The translations under genes and the position numbers were made by a program. Shown piece by piece: positions 1 to 12,900 of a stretch of 64,000 bases of DNA. Source of the stretch: Trichoplax adhaerens (taxonomy: Eukaryota > Animalia > Placozoa); NCBI RefSeq assembly GCF_000150275.1, contig NW_002060950.1:2716106-2780105 (forward strand), in the 5' to 3' direction. The notes under the pieces were generated by a model. That model was not told the DNA's origin, ran no database searches, and worked only from the letters and a program-made list of their open reading frames with translations. Each line of letters opens with the position of its first letter. Position 1 is the stretch's first letter.

Positions 1-1352
1 ATACGTATATTGTATATAGATATGTTCTTCATCAAATCACAACGATATTAATAAACGACATCGTAGATACCCTTAGTGCAATATTTTATTGTAAAGTGTA
101 TTTGTAGAGATCCGTACCTGTTAGGCCCCAAGCTGAATTGCAATGTTACCCCCAACATTAGGAAACGCTTTCCAACGGTTGTCCAACCATATTACCATAT
201 TTACTGTTAATATAGACAGAATCAATGAAAAGCATATCTTTAATATATATATTATAATCACATTTTCAATATTATAAAATTGGACCTATACAGTACTTAC
301 TTCCAGTTTGTGTCTACTTAATTTACGATTGAAAATGAAAGAATGTGGTGTACACATTACAATAGACGATCATGACAACTATTCCTGGAAAGGTGTATTT
401 CCCAACGGGTAAAGGATATTTTAGCAACGAATACAATCCATAAGTGTATTGTTGTACATGTAATCATGCTGTAAATGGAACAGCAATGGAGAAGGATTTT
501 CAATGTAGTGAATATGTTTAGTCGCTTTTGTTGAAAAAGTACGTTTCTGTTATGTTTCCTTTGTACAGTAATTTTATTCTGCACTAATCTAAGCTTTGTA
601 ACTAATACTGATGTAGCATTTGATGACTATGTATAATCTACAAACTGCGTATACTGCAGCAGACTTTTCTTCCACCCTCCGTTTCTAAAGTTTCCATTAG
701 ATATGATTCTGAAACGTAATGGTCACGCGATGATATAATGAACTTATACTCTTACAGTCTTTTATTTGGTTAACTTTTGACCCTTTTGATTATAACTATT
801 TACTACGGCGGTTGATAATAAATATAAGGATGCCAGTAACTTCGAATGCTGAATAACTAGAGTAAACTGTTGGTTAAAAAATTTTTTCGATTAATTTTAC
901 GTCGCTTGATCGATTTCTACTACGCATGTAGACGTCTGTTGTTAAAGATCTTAGATAATTATTCCTTTCTGTTCTGTACTATTACTGGTATACGAATTAG
1001 GAAGAAAGAGAAAAACGGAAGACAATTTACAACTTTTCTATTTAATCATATTATACAGTTTCCATCTCATACCAATTTACTAGTACCTGCTCATACTACT
1101 GCTTCGTAATATTTTTAACTACAGCTTTGATGAGAAGCTAATTAGTGCACATTAGTTAGTACTTTACTAGAAAGGTAGATCTTTTAGAGGATTACATGTC
1201 TTCCTTCGATAATTACGTCACTTAGTATCAGATGCATAGTGCATACATGAATACATATATAATTATATTAAGATTGTGGGGAGTAATTTCGAATCAAATT
1301 TTATTCGCTAAAACATTACATGTTTTTGTATTTTATTCAATCTTGAATGTAG

Positions 1353-4300
1353 CACGCGGATTAGTTCATATCGCAGAAAATATTTTAGGTTACTTGGATG
1401 CTAAATCTCTTTGTGCTGCTGAACGAGTTTGCAAGGATTGGTATCACACTATTGATAGCTGTATGCTTTGGAAAAAATTGATTATGTATAAAGTTCATAC
1501 TGATAACTTATGGAAAGGATTATCTGAGCGACGAGCATGGTAAGTCAACTGGATCGGTAACTTATATATAATTTTACAACTTACTTTTATGTTTATTACA
1601 ACACGCATTAATATCATCCAGTGCAATAATTTGGTGATATTTTACTTTTATTGAATTATTCTGAACTTTAGCGATTCAGTGCATCGACCTTGCGCTTGTT
1701 TAATGCTCAGTGGTAGTTTTATCTGTATGTACTGTATAATTCAGTCTGTTAAATACCATGCTAATAGTAGTAGATAGTCAGATGTTAAAATACTCTCTTA
1801 CTCCACCACGTAAAATCGCTTAAAGGGTATCATTTACTGTACATTATTCATTAAAATATCATTATGACGCAATGGTTAGTGACAAATTTTATTTCGTTTT
1901 AATTCTTAAAATTTATACCAACTAAATAACAAGTAGAAGTTATCTAGTAAATTGAAAATTGGATATTAATGAAGGCAATATTGTAGTTATTGATATTGTT
2001 ACTCTTTCTACAATACTGCATTGCCTTTTTCGTGATTGCTTTCCCATTGTTTATCGATCACTGTCTATGAAGGTGTTGTCTTATTTTCTTAACTAATCTG
2101 CAATTAATTCGTATTTCATTTATGTATTAATTAATTTCGGATGATGATATGATAGAGATTAAATCTGGCATAAATTTATAACTTGATTAAAAAATATAAT
2201 ATTAAATCGTTACATTTAAATTAATTCCTTTTGTTCTCACATTGACTCCATGTATTTAACACTTTTTATAGTGGACATTACCTAGATCGTGGCTCCGCTA
2301 GTCACGCCGACAGTTCCTACTATAGAAATCTTTACCGACAATTTATTCAGGATATCAAGGTGATAAGAATGCGCTATTCTCTGACTGCTCTTTGAATTGA
2401 AATAAAAACTGCAGCCTTTACGATAGCATTGACACAATCATTACGAAAACTATAACATAAAATTTCTCTCTAATAGTTATTATTTAGTTGCACAATATCA
2501 AAACAGTGATTTATTACATTGCATAAATTTATCGGTAAATAATAGAAAATGTTATATCATTGACTTTAAACATTAAATTGGACGTCAATTACTTAACAAC
2601 ATGTGACTTGAACATGCTGTTAATACTTGGCTAATAGACAATTGATACCAACTGGAGATGTGGCCGGTTTTCATTACGTAGAATTGATTGTAAAAGCGAA
2701 AACAGCAAAGGTGTTTATTGTCTACAGTACGATGACAGAAAAATTGTTAGTGGATTACGAGATAATACTATTAAGGTATGGTATCCAACTTAGATTTTTT
2801 TTACATAATAATTGTATAAAATTTAATCAAATTATTAACTTATGATTTTCCTTCTATCGTGAGAAGAATTACCGATAGTAAAAAATTTGCTACGCATTCT
2901 GTAATTTTTTGTATCTAGATTTGGGATTACAATACTCTAGAGTGTACACAGATTTTATATGGACATTGTGGTTCGGTTCTCTGCTTGCAATATGATGAAA
3001 ACGTTATTGTTTCAGGGAGTAGTGATTCGACAGTAAGGTAATTAAAATTTTACTTTTTATCTTTTACGTACTGCTTGAATATCGTTAATTAAGGTAATAC
3101 AATAGGAAACTTTTTGGTTAATATTTATATCGCCTTCAATGTAGGGTGTGGGATGTTAATACTGGTGAAAATAAAAATGTATTAAACCAGCATCAAGAAG
3201 CGGTATTACATTTGCGCTTTCATGCTGGTATGATGGTAACGTGTTCTAAGGTAACTTGAATTAACAGGCTATTTTATATAATTACAATGTAATGTATCTA
3301 AAAATATAATGTATTGCAACTTGACATTTTTACGTCCTTTTATTATATCATGTAGCTATCGCCTTGCAAGACTTTACATTAATTAAACATTGAATTTTAA
3401 TAAACATTATTAACAAATATGTAATATCGTCATTTTTCAAAAAATTGTACTTTGTGTTTTTACGTTCTTCCATTATGTTATGATGTAGCTGTCGTCTTAC
3501 AAGAATTTACATTAGACATTAAATTTTTTAATGGCGTTATTAACAAATATGCTATATCATCTTTTTTCTCTTTATAGGATCGTAATATTGCTGTTTGGGA
3601 TATGAAATCTCCTACGGAAATTAATTTACGAAAAGTATTAGTTGGTCATCGAGCTGCTGTTAATGTTGTTGATTTTGATGAGCGCTACATTGTTTCTGCT
3701 TCTGGTGACAGAACAATTAAGGTTTTGTATTATATTGTTAATTCCGCATAAATATGCTACGTGGTTGTATGAATCTAATTATATTAGGTATTGCTCTCAC
3801 TGCAATAGGTCTGGAATACTAGCAATTGTGAATTTGTCCGAACCCTAAGTGGCCATCGACGTGGTATTGCTTGCTTACAATACCATGGTCAGTTAGTTGT
3901 GAGCGGATCATCGGATAATACGATAAGGTAAAAAATGATTTTAAATGCTTAGCATATATGTATCGAAATTAATTTTACCTTTTTATACAATGCCTTCATA
4001 ATAAGCCCCTGATCATAATTATTTGTTAATATTGGACTCTACAACGTAATAGATTGTGGGACATTGACAGTGGTGCATGCTTAAGAATACTAGAAGGTCA
4101 TGAAGAATTGGTTAGGTGTGTTAATCAAGCACTTTTATTTCATTTTATCTATGTTAATGAAATTTAAATATAACAATAAAATTTCAAATGCTTCCATATA
4201 GATGTATTCGATTTGATGATAAGCGTATCGTTAGTGGAGCATATGATGGGTAAGTTTAAAAGAAATTGGCTTGAATTAAATTATAATAAACACTAGTAAA

Positions 4301-4715
4301 AGTAGAATAACGGAATAGTGACTTGCTCACTCTCATTTCAGCTAAATTTTAAATATTGAGTGATTCATTCTTTTCAGCAAAATCAAAGTGTGGGATATAA
4401 AAGCTGCTCTTGACGTGCGATCCCCTACGGCTACACTTTGTTTAAGAACCTTAGTGGTAAAAATTTTTATTAACACTTACTTTAACAAATTTCGCTAGAC
4501 ATATTTGATACATCGATTACAAATAAAATAAAATTATATTTTTTCAGAAACATACCGGTAGAGTATTCAGACTACAATTTGATGAATTTCAAATAGTAAG
4601 TAGCTCTCATGATGACACAATCCTCATTTGGGACTTCTTGGACGGGAACCAAAATGTATCTCCGCACAAACGACCTCAAACCTCACGTACTTATACATAT
4701 GTTGTTAATAAATAA
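1353..4715 (+). CDS. BTRC: F-box/WD40 protein beta-TrCP (BTRC/FBXW11/slimb); multi-exon, N-terminal exons probably upstream of the window
   Basis: Exon 1353-1539 encodes the F-box [31 protein letters not shown]. Later GT-AG exons (~2272-2359, 2638-2775, 2920-3037, 3146-3250, 3578-3721, 3809-3927, 4053-4115, 4202-4248, 4379-4455, 4548-4715) encode WD40 repeats ([23 protein letters not shown]; [12 protein letters not shown]; [29 protein letters not shown]) and a C-terminal SRTYTYV, as in beta-TrCP. No start exon found in 1-1352. Confidence 0.95.
3325..3562. repeat. Diverged ~130-bp tandem duplication within a BTRC intron
   Basis: tttttacgtcc...atgtagctatcgccttgcaagactttacatt...ttattaacaaatatg at ~3326-3435 recurs with substitutions at ~3456-3562. 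Confidence 0.75.
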
Positions 4716-5550
4716 TTTGCAAACAATGTTAATAGCATTTAATTTAATGCAGAAGAAAACTGCGCTATAGTTCTTATAGCAAACTACCTGAAGCCCACCA
4801 AAAAATGAATTATATAAGATAATGACGTATTCTTTTCTCTGCATTACTGTTATTTAGCTGTACTGTCCTATCATTTCATTGCATAAGATCTTCATGTATC
4901 AAATTATCGATATTAAGTATCAATGACTAACATTTTATTGCAATTTTTGGAACGCGGATATTGAAATGCTTGAGTAAATAATTCTAATTCTTTTGACGAT
5001 AATTATTTGTTATCGAATAAATACTATAGAATAAAAATAACAAGAAATAACTACAACGTATAGCGGTTTAGACCGTCGCTATACTATTTGTAGTGAATTA
5101 ATTTAATATTTCGAAAGTAATAATTAATGTATCTTACCCGTTTTTCGATCTTTCATGATCTGTAACCTCGTACGAAATTGGAATATAAATACTTTTTCTT
5201 GATATTATTTACCCCTTTTTTTATTTCATTATAATATGAAAATTTTTACACATGCGTACATTAGATAGATAGCTCATTATAATCTTGTACAATTATTGTA
5301 CCTTATAGATTTAAATTTAAACTAGACATTAATAAATAACAACTAATTACATTGTAATATATATATGTATAGTTGTACAATCGGTCTTTTACAACTAATT
5401 TTACATCGTTCAGAAAATACTATAATAAAGACGCATTTCTGAAGTTGCAGCCTTGTGATAAATGTTTGGCAATCATTACAGAGCACAAATTGCTTAAGCT
5501 TGGAAATGCACCTGTTCTATAGTCATCTAGGAATTTATAATTGCAATTAG

Positions 5551-8500
5551 TTATTCTTTTTCTTGTAAATTGGCATCGTTAGCAGAAACGATAGCTTGAT
5601 TTGATTCTAATAACTGATCTTGCTCGTCCTGGACTTCCCTTGGTACAGTATGCATAGGAATAGGGCTAAGTTTATTGTTGTTATGAAGATTGCTCCAGAT
5701 ATCGGCTAGTCGATTATATTTGCATGTCCATTCACTGCGACCAGGACCCCCTAACTGTAAAAACCTTGCTCCAACTCCTACAGCCTAAAGGTTAAGTAAT
5801 TAAAATGTTCATAAGGTATGCCGGTAGCAATATCTGACAGGAAAATCAATCATGTTCTATCAGTCTTACCAAATCGACTACAAAATTACAATCTTCAGGT
5901 GCATAGCTATTACTTATAACCAAATGTTGATCTATTAATTCGATACAATAATAAAAACGCCAATTACAGGAAGCATTAGAAAATAGAAATCGTGATAATA
6001 ATTATAATCAGAAGACATTGACAGTATATTTAATATTTACCTTGTGATGTATATACATTTGCGGCCTGAATAACATCAGACACGAGCATGGATTTACTAA
6101 GCCGCACGATCGCTGCTGTAGTTATTGACTTTTTCATTAATTTTTCATTAATGTCGATATCATGGTTATATAATCTATCTCCGACGATATAACATCGATG
6201 CGACAATCTAGAGTGAACTTCTGCCCAATTGTCATCGTCCTAAGGCATTAATTAACATAAGTTGTTGTTTAATTATCACATGCTAATAATATTTTGGTAA
6301 TAATTACGACCAGTAAATCGAAGCATATTATTTGTTTAGCATTTGTATAATACTGTTATAGTTACCGGATGCAAAGCGTCAATTATCATCATAAACGCAG
6401 GGTATTTCTCAAGGAGATCAGCATACATATCAATCATTTCCTTCGATGATTTGAAAATGTTTTGCTGCTTTTCATACCTCGATTTTTCCTGTGTATTATA
6501 CAGTGCAAAGTGAGACAGACCAAGTACGTATTTCTAATTTTGAAATCTACTAGCACATCGGAATAGTTTACATGGAACTAACTATTCCATTACTGATTAA
6601 TTATTAGCAGCTGTACTTCTCGTAATAAGTAGCATATTTCCTATATTTCTCTGATCAAGGTATCGCTGCATACAGCAGATTTAAACTACTGAAATTTACT
6701 GCTTACATTACGTATATACGAGAATAGATAAAAATTCAAGCTACTCACAGTATCATAAATTTCTTCCGATGCGCATTTTATACCCATAAATATATCTTTC
6801 CCAAATTCTAAATGAGCATGAGTGCAAGCATCACGCAGCATATCATGTATCTGCTCAAATTTATCCATTACAGGAGCATAGCTTCCCATATCTGTAATAT
6901 GTTTGTTTAAAGGCTGTATACCCCAAAATTGAAAATGAAATACAATCGAATTATGATATTAGAAACAAGCGAATGAGCATTAACTGTGTACCTTTAAATT
7001 AGGATAGCACTCACCGTTTTTATACTTAATCGACCTAATTGTTGATAAACTTCGACTACATTTCGTAATCCGTCCACATAAGGGATGTCAATCGAAGGAA
7101 AAATCATGACATCTTTAATAAATTTTATTTTTCCGCCTGACTTTACACGAGTGAGTACAATCGATAAGGGAATGGGCATAACGTAGTTTTCTCTAGCCTA
7201 GTGAAATTACGGCGGCCACAAATTATAAAAAAAGGAATATTATTAGACACTATATCACAATGGATAACATGCAAACAACATGATGCGCCGTTCTAAGCCA
7301 TGCCTAAGTATACAATAAACAATTACACATACTTTGCCATGCATTAACTGATCGATATGAGCATAAGTAGGTTGTCTTGACGCAATTCCTGCACTTTGAG
7401 CAATGGCTATCGACGTGGCAAAGATATGATTGTCGTAATCGATTACTGCCATAGTCGGTGAGTGCAGCAATTTATCTGAGCTTTGATAGCGGTCCATGGT
7501 AGAATGACCACCGGGTCCCATTTTATTTGCTGAACGCTTCCTTTCCGATTGCGATCGACCAGGTGCGGAAGCATCTTCCATAGTCACAGCAGTTTCAGCA
7601 GCAGTAGTAGCTGCTGCTGCTATCTGTTCTTCATCTTTGGTAGTTGCTACACATTTTACCTCTCTGCGCGTATCAGTATTCAAGACACCATTTCGATAAA
7701 AAAAAAAGATCGATAGTACTATGTAAGAATCCAATTCGTTAAAGATAGTACCCAGCCATAACTATTTTGGTGTAGTAAAGTATGATTACCTTAAAATTTG
7801 ATCAATTTCTTGTTGGTTAACGGGATTCTTCTCAAGTAACGATTCGGCAACAATTGTGTTAATAAACGCTAGCTCACGTTGAATATCCCGTTTACATTCA
7901 ATAATTTGATGGTTGTTATGAGATGAAGTTTTTGTACTACTTTTTTTACCATTATGATGGCGTCGTTCGTGATTGCTGGATCCTCCGGATACATAAACAC
8001 AACTTGAAGCTATTGCCTAATGATTAAATTGTTACCAAAATTTTTAAAAACATTTTTATTTAGTAATTCGATATTTTAACTTGACTTCAATATCATACTC
8101 ATGACTCTTAAGTAATTACGACACAAAATGTTTTTATTTTTCGCTTTAAAGCTAGAAGCTTTGGCTTTATAATTCACTTGTTTACAATTTATCTCTAAAT
8201 CTAATACGTTGATACCTTTTCTATTCCATTGATTTTGCAGCAAATGGACACTTGAACAGTTAGATTTCCTTTATTATCGTAAACTTCTTCCGCTTTTATC
8301 TAACGGTTTTATTAGCATCACAGCAATCGGTCAAGAAATATAGATGTCAATAAGATTTTGTAATAGTCTTTAAATTATTCAATTCTCTACAACTTGGTGA
8401 CTTACATTGTTGATAACGGCAAGCTTTGCCAGTTGGCTAAAGTGTTCAGCCTATTTCAAAGCAATCACGATCATAATTATTTAGAGCTTGTTAAATTTGA

Positions 8501-9270
8501 TATTAATGCTTGCAGTAATGCATACTGCAATCAAAAAAATTTCGTTACATATTCGAGAATAACGCTCTGAGGCAATGTCATAAGATAACAATGCGCAAAA
8601 TAAGATCCATTGCGATCGTTCGCGGAAATGATAATATCTGAGTTTATTATATATGAAAGCATCGATAGCTTAATTATTATCACTGTACTTAGCTTGATTA
8701 CTGTTCTGGAACTAATTATCTTAATAGGATAGCAAGTTAATAAAGCTAAAGGAGACAAATAATTAGCATCTATTCCAATATTTCATATCATTGATGGTCA
8801 TATCACAATACTACCTAAATTTGTATTGATAAATACGATGAAAATAAAGTTGTTGAATCGCTATCTATCATGTAATAAAATTTGATATTTGCAGTTACAA
8901 TGCAATTGTTTATAGATATTAAGGATGATTTCTTATTTAGCTCTAAACTGACATTTGTACGTAATATTAAACACATATGCAGAAGCGATATAAATAATTC
9001 TGTATTTTAAAAAGTTAATAATATAAATAACTATCCCGAATATACATCATTTAGAAAATAAAGGCTGATAGATTGTTATCATGTTATCCTGTAATTGCAT
9101 TATGATATCCGTATTTCCCCACTCACCATATATCCAAATATGTCCTCTGGTTCATCTTCTAAAATCTTATTCAGTAATTCTTCTAATCTCTTAGGTACAT
9201 CATTTTCTTTAAAATAATGAACTGCATTTTGCTTTCGTTCATAATCACGTAATAAAGTAGTGCTAGCCAT
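5551..9270 (-). CDS. ENO4: Enolase 4 (ENO4-like, probably catalytically inactive enolase), multi-exon
   Basis: Starts MASTTLLRDYERKQNAVHYFKENDVPKRLEELLN...PEDIFGYM (ENO4-type N-terminal extension). An exon at ~8216-8299 encodes IKAEEVYDNKGNLTVQV (enolase N-terminus). Further exons include ATSIAIAQSA, MPIPLSIVL and YIVGD. Last exon 5784-5551 encodes AVGVGARFLQLGGPGRSEWTCKYNRL, then TAA. Confidence 0.88.
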
Positions 9271-9475
9271 ATCATTGAACAATTTGAGAATCCTACTACA
9301 CAACCTTTTTATTGAGTACGTATATTCTAATCAAAATGATCGGCTTTAAAGGCGTATTATTTCTGTTAATATTGCAGCACTTTATAATCTTCAACACAAC
9401 GATTTAGCCAGTTAAAATCACCATAACATCGCATACTATAATAAACTATTAATCAAATTCTGACCGTAGACGACG

Positions 9476-9589
9476 GTTACCATGGAAAACAGTCGAACTC
9501 GAGGATGGGCAAGAAACTGTATCATACTGTATTAGGTGATTGCAGGCATGCGTAATGATGATGAATTGCGAAGTAGTTGCCATAGGAAC
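9476..9589. promoter_or_regulatory. Two RFX X-box-like motifs in the bidirectional ENO4/CFAP58 promoter
   Basis: GTTACCATGGAAAAC (9476-9490) and GTTGCCATAGGAAC (9576-9589) resemble the X-box GTTNCCATGGNAAC. They lie between divergent ATGs (9270 and 9914) of two ciliary genes. Confidence 0.7.
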
Positions 9590-9913
9590 CAAACCAAATA
9601 CTCTTGTTTGTAGCGATTTATAATTTTATATAAAAGCTGCTCTCTCTTTTTCATATTGTCATGACTGGCAACGACTTGAATAACTATAATAACTACAGTA
9701 CATTATTAGTTCTGATAGATAATTAGAGTTAAGTCTTACGATTTGGGGTTACAGATTTATTACGACTTGAAAGAAGATCGCGATCACTTCTTTTCTAAAT
9801 CAAACGTGTTGTAATTATTATCCGGATATATCAAGATTATTGTCACCCTTTTACATCGGGTGTTAGTTAGAGTTACTTATTTATTTGCAAACTAGGACAG
9901 AAAAGCTGAAAAG

Positions 9914-12900
9914 ATGTCGAGCGTAGACGTAAGTAAATCGACCTTAACATAATATATGTACAACAGATCTCAAATGGTATAGACGCTAGGGTACATTAAT
10001 GGTTTTCAGTAAACAACGAGAACTCGATCACCTGTTTTAAAGTATAATAAAATTAGGAATAACTGTTATGGTATATCAGTAAGATTGGCTAACGTTTTAT
10101 ATTCTGTTTAAAAGTAGATGAAATTAAATTAGTTTAAGTCTACTGGTTCCATATGACATTAATGTGATGTGCAAGTTAATGCTGCCAGATATGGGGCAAA
10201 ATCGACATCATACCGTAAAGGCCAGATTTTGGGAGTGATTGAATCATAGTTAAAATCAATGACACTAAATATCTGCTTATAAAATTAAATTCTATCAAAG
10301 ATTAATTTGTTTTTCCAATTCTGTTGCTAGAAGATATCCTAGCTTTAGAATACGGTTATCGCTAAACCTTTACTTATTATTATACCGTTAACGTGTGCTG
10401 ATCGATAACTTACTTTCCAAACAAAATTTAGACAATATCATATTTATCTAAACAAACTTTCGTAGTATTTCTAAATTCAAAGTATGCGTATGTCAAAAGC
10501 TTATACTATTTGCATTACCTTTTATTGGCGTTTAATTGAAATTTATATCTCTAAACGCCTTATACTGTAATGTATACTGATGCGTCATGACGATTTCCGA
10601 TCATATAACAGAAATCGAGTGATGGTAAAACTGAAAAATTAGCAATAGAAGATAGTGCATTCGAAGCACTAGAGCGTGATTTTCAAGAGGTAAGAGTAAC
10701 TCTGCCGTATATGAAATTACCAATATACTTGTATTTTATAACGAAAATTGTACTATAAGCTTAAGATAAATTTTATTAACAATGTTATAAGGTCTTGGGT
10801 GAGTTGATGGGCGATACGAGTCTAGATAAATTTCGCAATGAATATGAAAAAGTACACAAGGCTCTAAAAAAATCCCACGAAAATGAAAGGCGTTTGATGC
10901 AAAAATGTCGTGAACTAAACGCTGAGATTACAGCTAACGCTGCAAAAGTAACGACAGCTTTGAAATTATCAGAAGAAGATCAATCGACAATTCAATCGTT
11001 AAAACAGGTTCGCTTACGATAAGTTAAATATTCCTGTATATCATTCCTTCGGTAGTCGGATTCTCATGTACGTAATTGGATATAGGAAATTGAAAAAGCA
11101 TGGAAAATGGTAGATACCGCGCACGAAAAAGAGTCGAGAGCAAGAGAAACAATTGAAGCACTTAAGAATGAAATTGCTAATTTAACAAAACTAGTTGAAC
11201 AAGGTGCGGGTCTTTCCATCGGCCAAGAAGAAAGCTTAAACGAGCTGAAGAAAGTCAACGAAGAATTAATCGTGGAGCGAGATGAAAAATTAAACGATAT
11301 AGTAAAGGTACGCCAGCAGATAGGCAAATAACGTCATACTTCTATATATCGAGATAATCTGTAAAGATGCATATTTCGAAGTTTGCAGTATATTGGGCAG
11401 AATACGAAAAGATTAGCAATAGTTGCTAAGCATAACATTGCACGTAATAATAATATCTGATTATGTTACCTATAAGGAGGTTATTCCGTTTTTTATTAAA
11501 CTAATAAGATGATATTATGGAACGTTTGTGTCTTATACTTAATTTGGATAATCTTTCTATAAACTAAATTAGAGTTTAATAAGTTTTAATACCCTATCGT
11601 AAATTTATGAATAAATTAACATGCATGGTTTCGTTCTAGTATAATTTATTAGTTCATAAGTATTCTTAATAATATTCTTGCTATTATTCATTGCTGCAGT
11701 TAAGAGAGAACTTAAATGAAGCAAACTCTAAGATGAAGAAAGCCGAGCAAGACCGCGACGATTTAGAGATTAGAATTTCAGAAGTAATGATAAATAGATT
11801 GATGTATTTATTACCTCTGCGATTCTTCGATGAATTTACTCTTTTTGTAACTTACTATACAACTACTGTAATACTTGCAGTTGAAAGACGATATACAAGT
11901 CCGAAGTAATGAAGCAAGTCGTGAGCAACGTAAAAAGGAAAGGTTGGAACGGGAGTTAAAAGCAGCCAGACAAGATATTGATGGTAAAACCTCCGATTTA
12001 AAAAGCAAGCAATCTGAATTGCAACGTTCTAAAGAAGAAATCCAACATCTTGAACAATCGCATCGTGAACAGAAAGGCCTTCATGAGCAAACTATGAAAG
12101 ATTATGAGACCTTAAATCAACGTTATACAAGATTACGGCAAGATTATGAGGCTCAGCTAATTAACACCGAACAGCTAGCTGGTGAAAATAGCCAGAAACA
12201 TGCTGAATTAAAAATGAAGGAAGATGAAATATCCCAATATAAATATGATACCCAGCGCCAGACAAGAATGAGAGAAGCACTACAGCGAAAGCTTAAGCAA
12301 GTAGAAGATCAAAAGCTTGAATTTGAATCTGAGAAAGAATTGCTTAAGGGGCAAATATCTGCTATGGAAAAAGATCTGGAGAATCGTAAGAAACAAGCAG
12401 ATGGGGATCGGAAGGCTATTGAAGATTTAATTCGTGAAAGGGATATCTTAAATAAGGTTGGTTTTATTATTACCATTAAGCTCAATGATTGCAATTATCT
12501 TGCAGTCTAAATACTTCAACTAATGAATTGAGCAGTAATTCAGATTTACTTTGAGCAGTTTAGAAGCTCTCTAACTCTATGGTATTATCCTGTAGTGCTA
12601 GTAATAAAGCGGTACATTAAATATCGAATCACTATAATTATCAATGTTTAATTCCTAGTCAGCATTAAGGCTAATACAACGAATATTTCTTAATATTCTT
12701 AATTAAAGTACTTGTACTTATCACAGTCAACTTCAGTCTAAATCATTCCAAATCTTTCCTTACTAGCAATAGTGTCTAGCAAGGAGAGGCAAAAAAGGTT
12801 TCTCCAATGTAATAAGCCGTCGTAGTAAATTCTACTCTTCACCTTGTTCCTAGCCAAAATATAACTCGATATTTCAGTTACACTCCTATTATCCTGGTTT

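Noticed and set aside
11064-12494. Antisense ORFs within CFAP58 (likewise within nanos, SH3PXD2 and TCERG1)
   Set aside because: Shadow frames of real coding exons.
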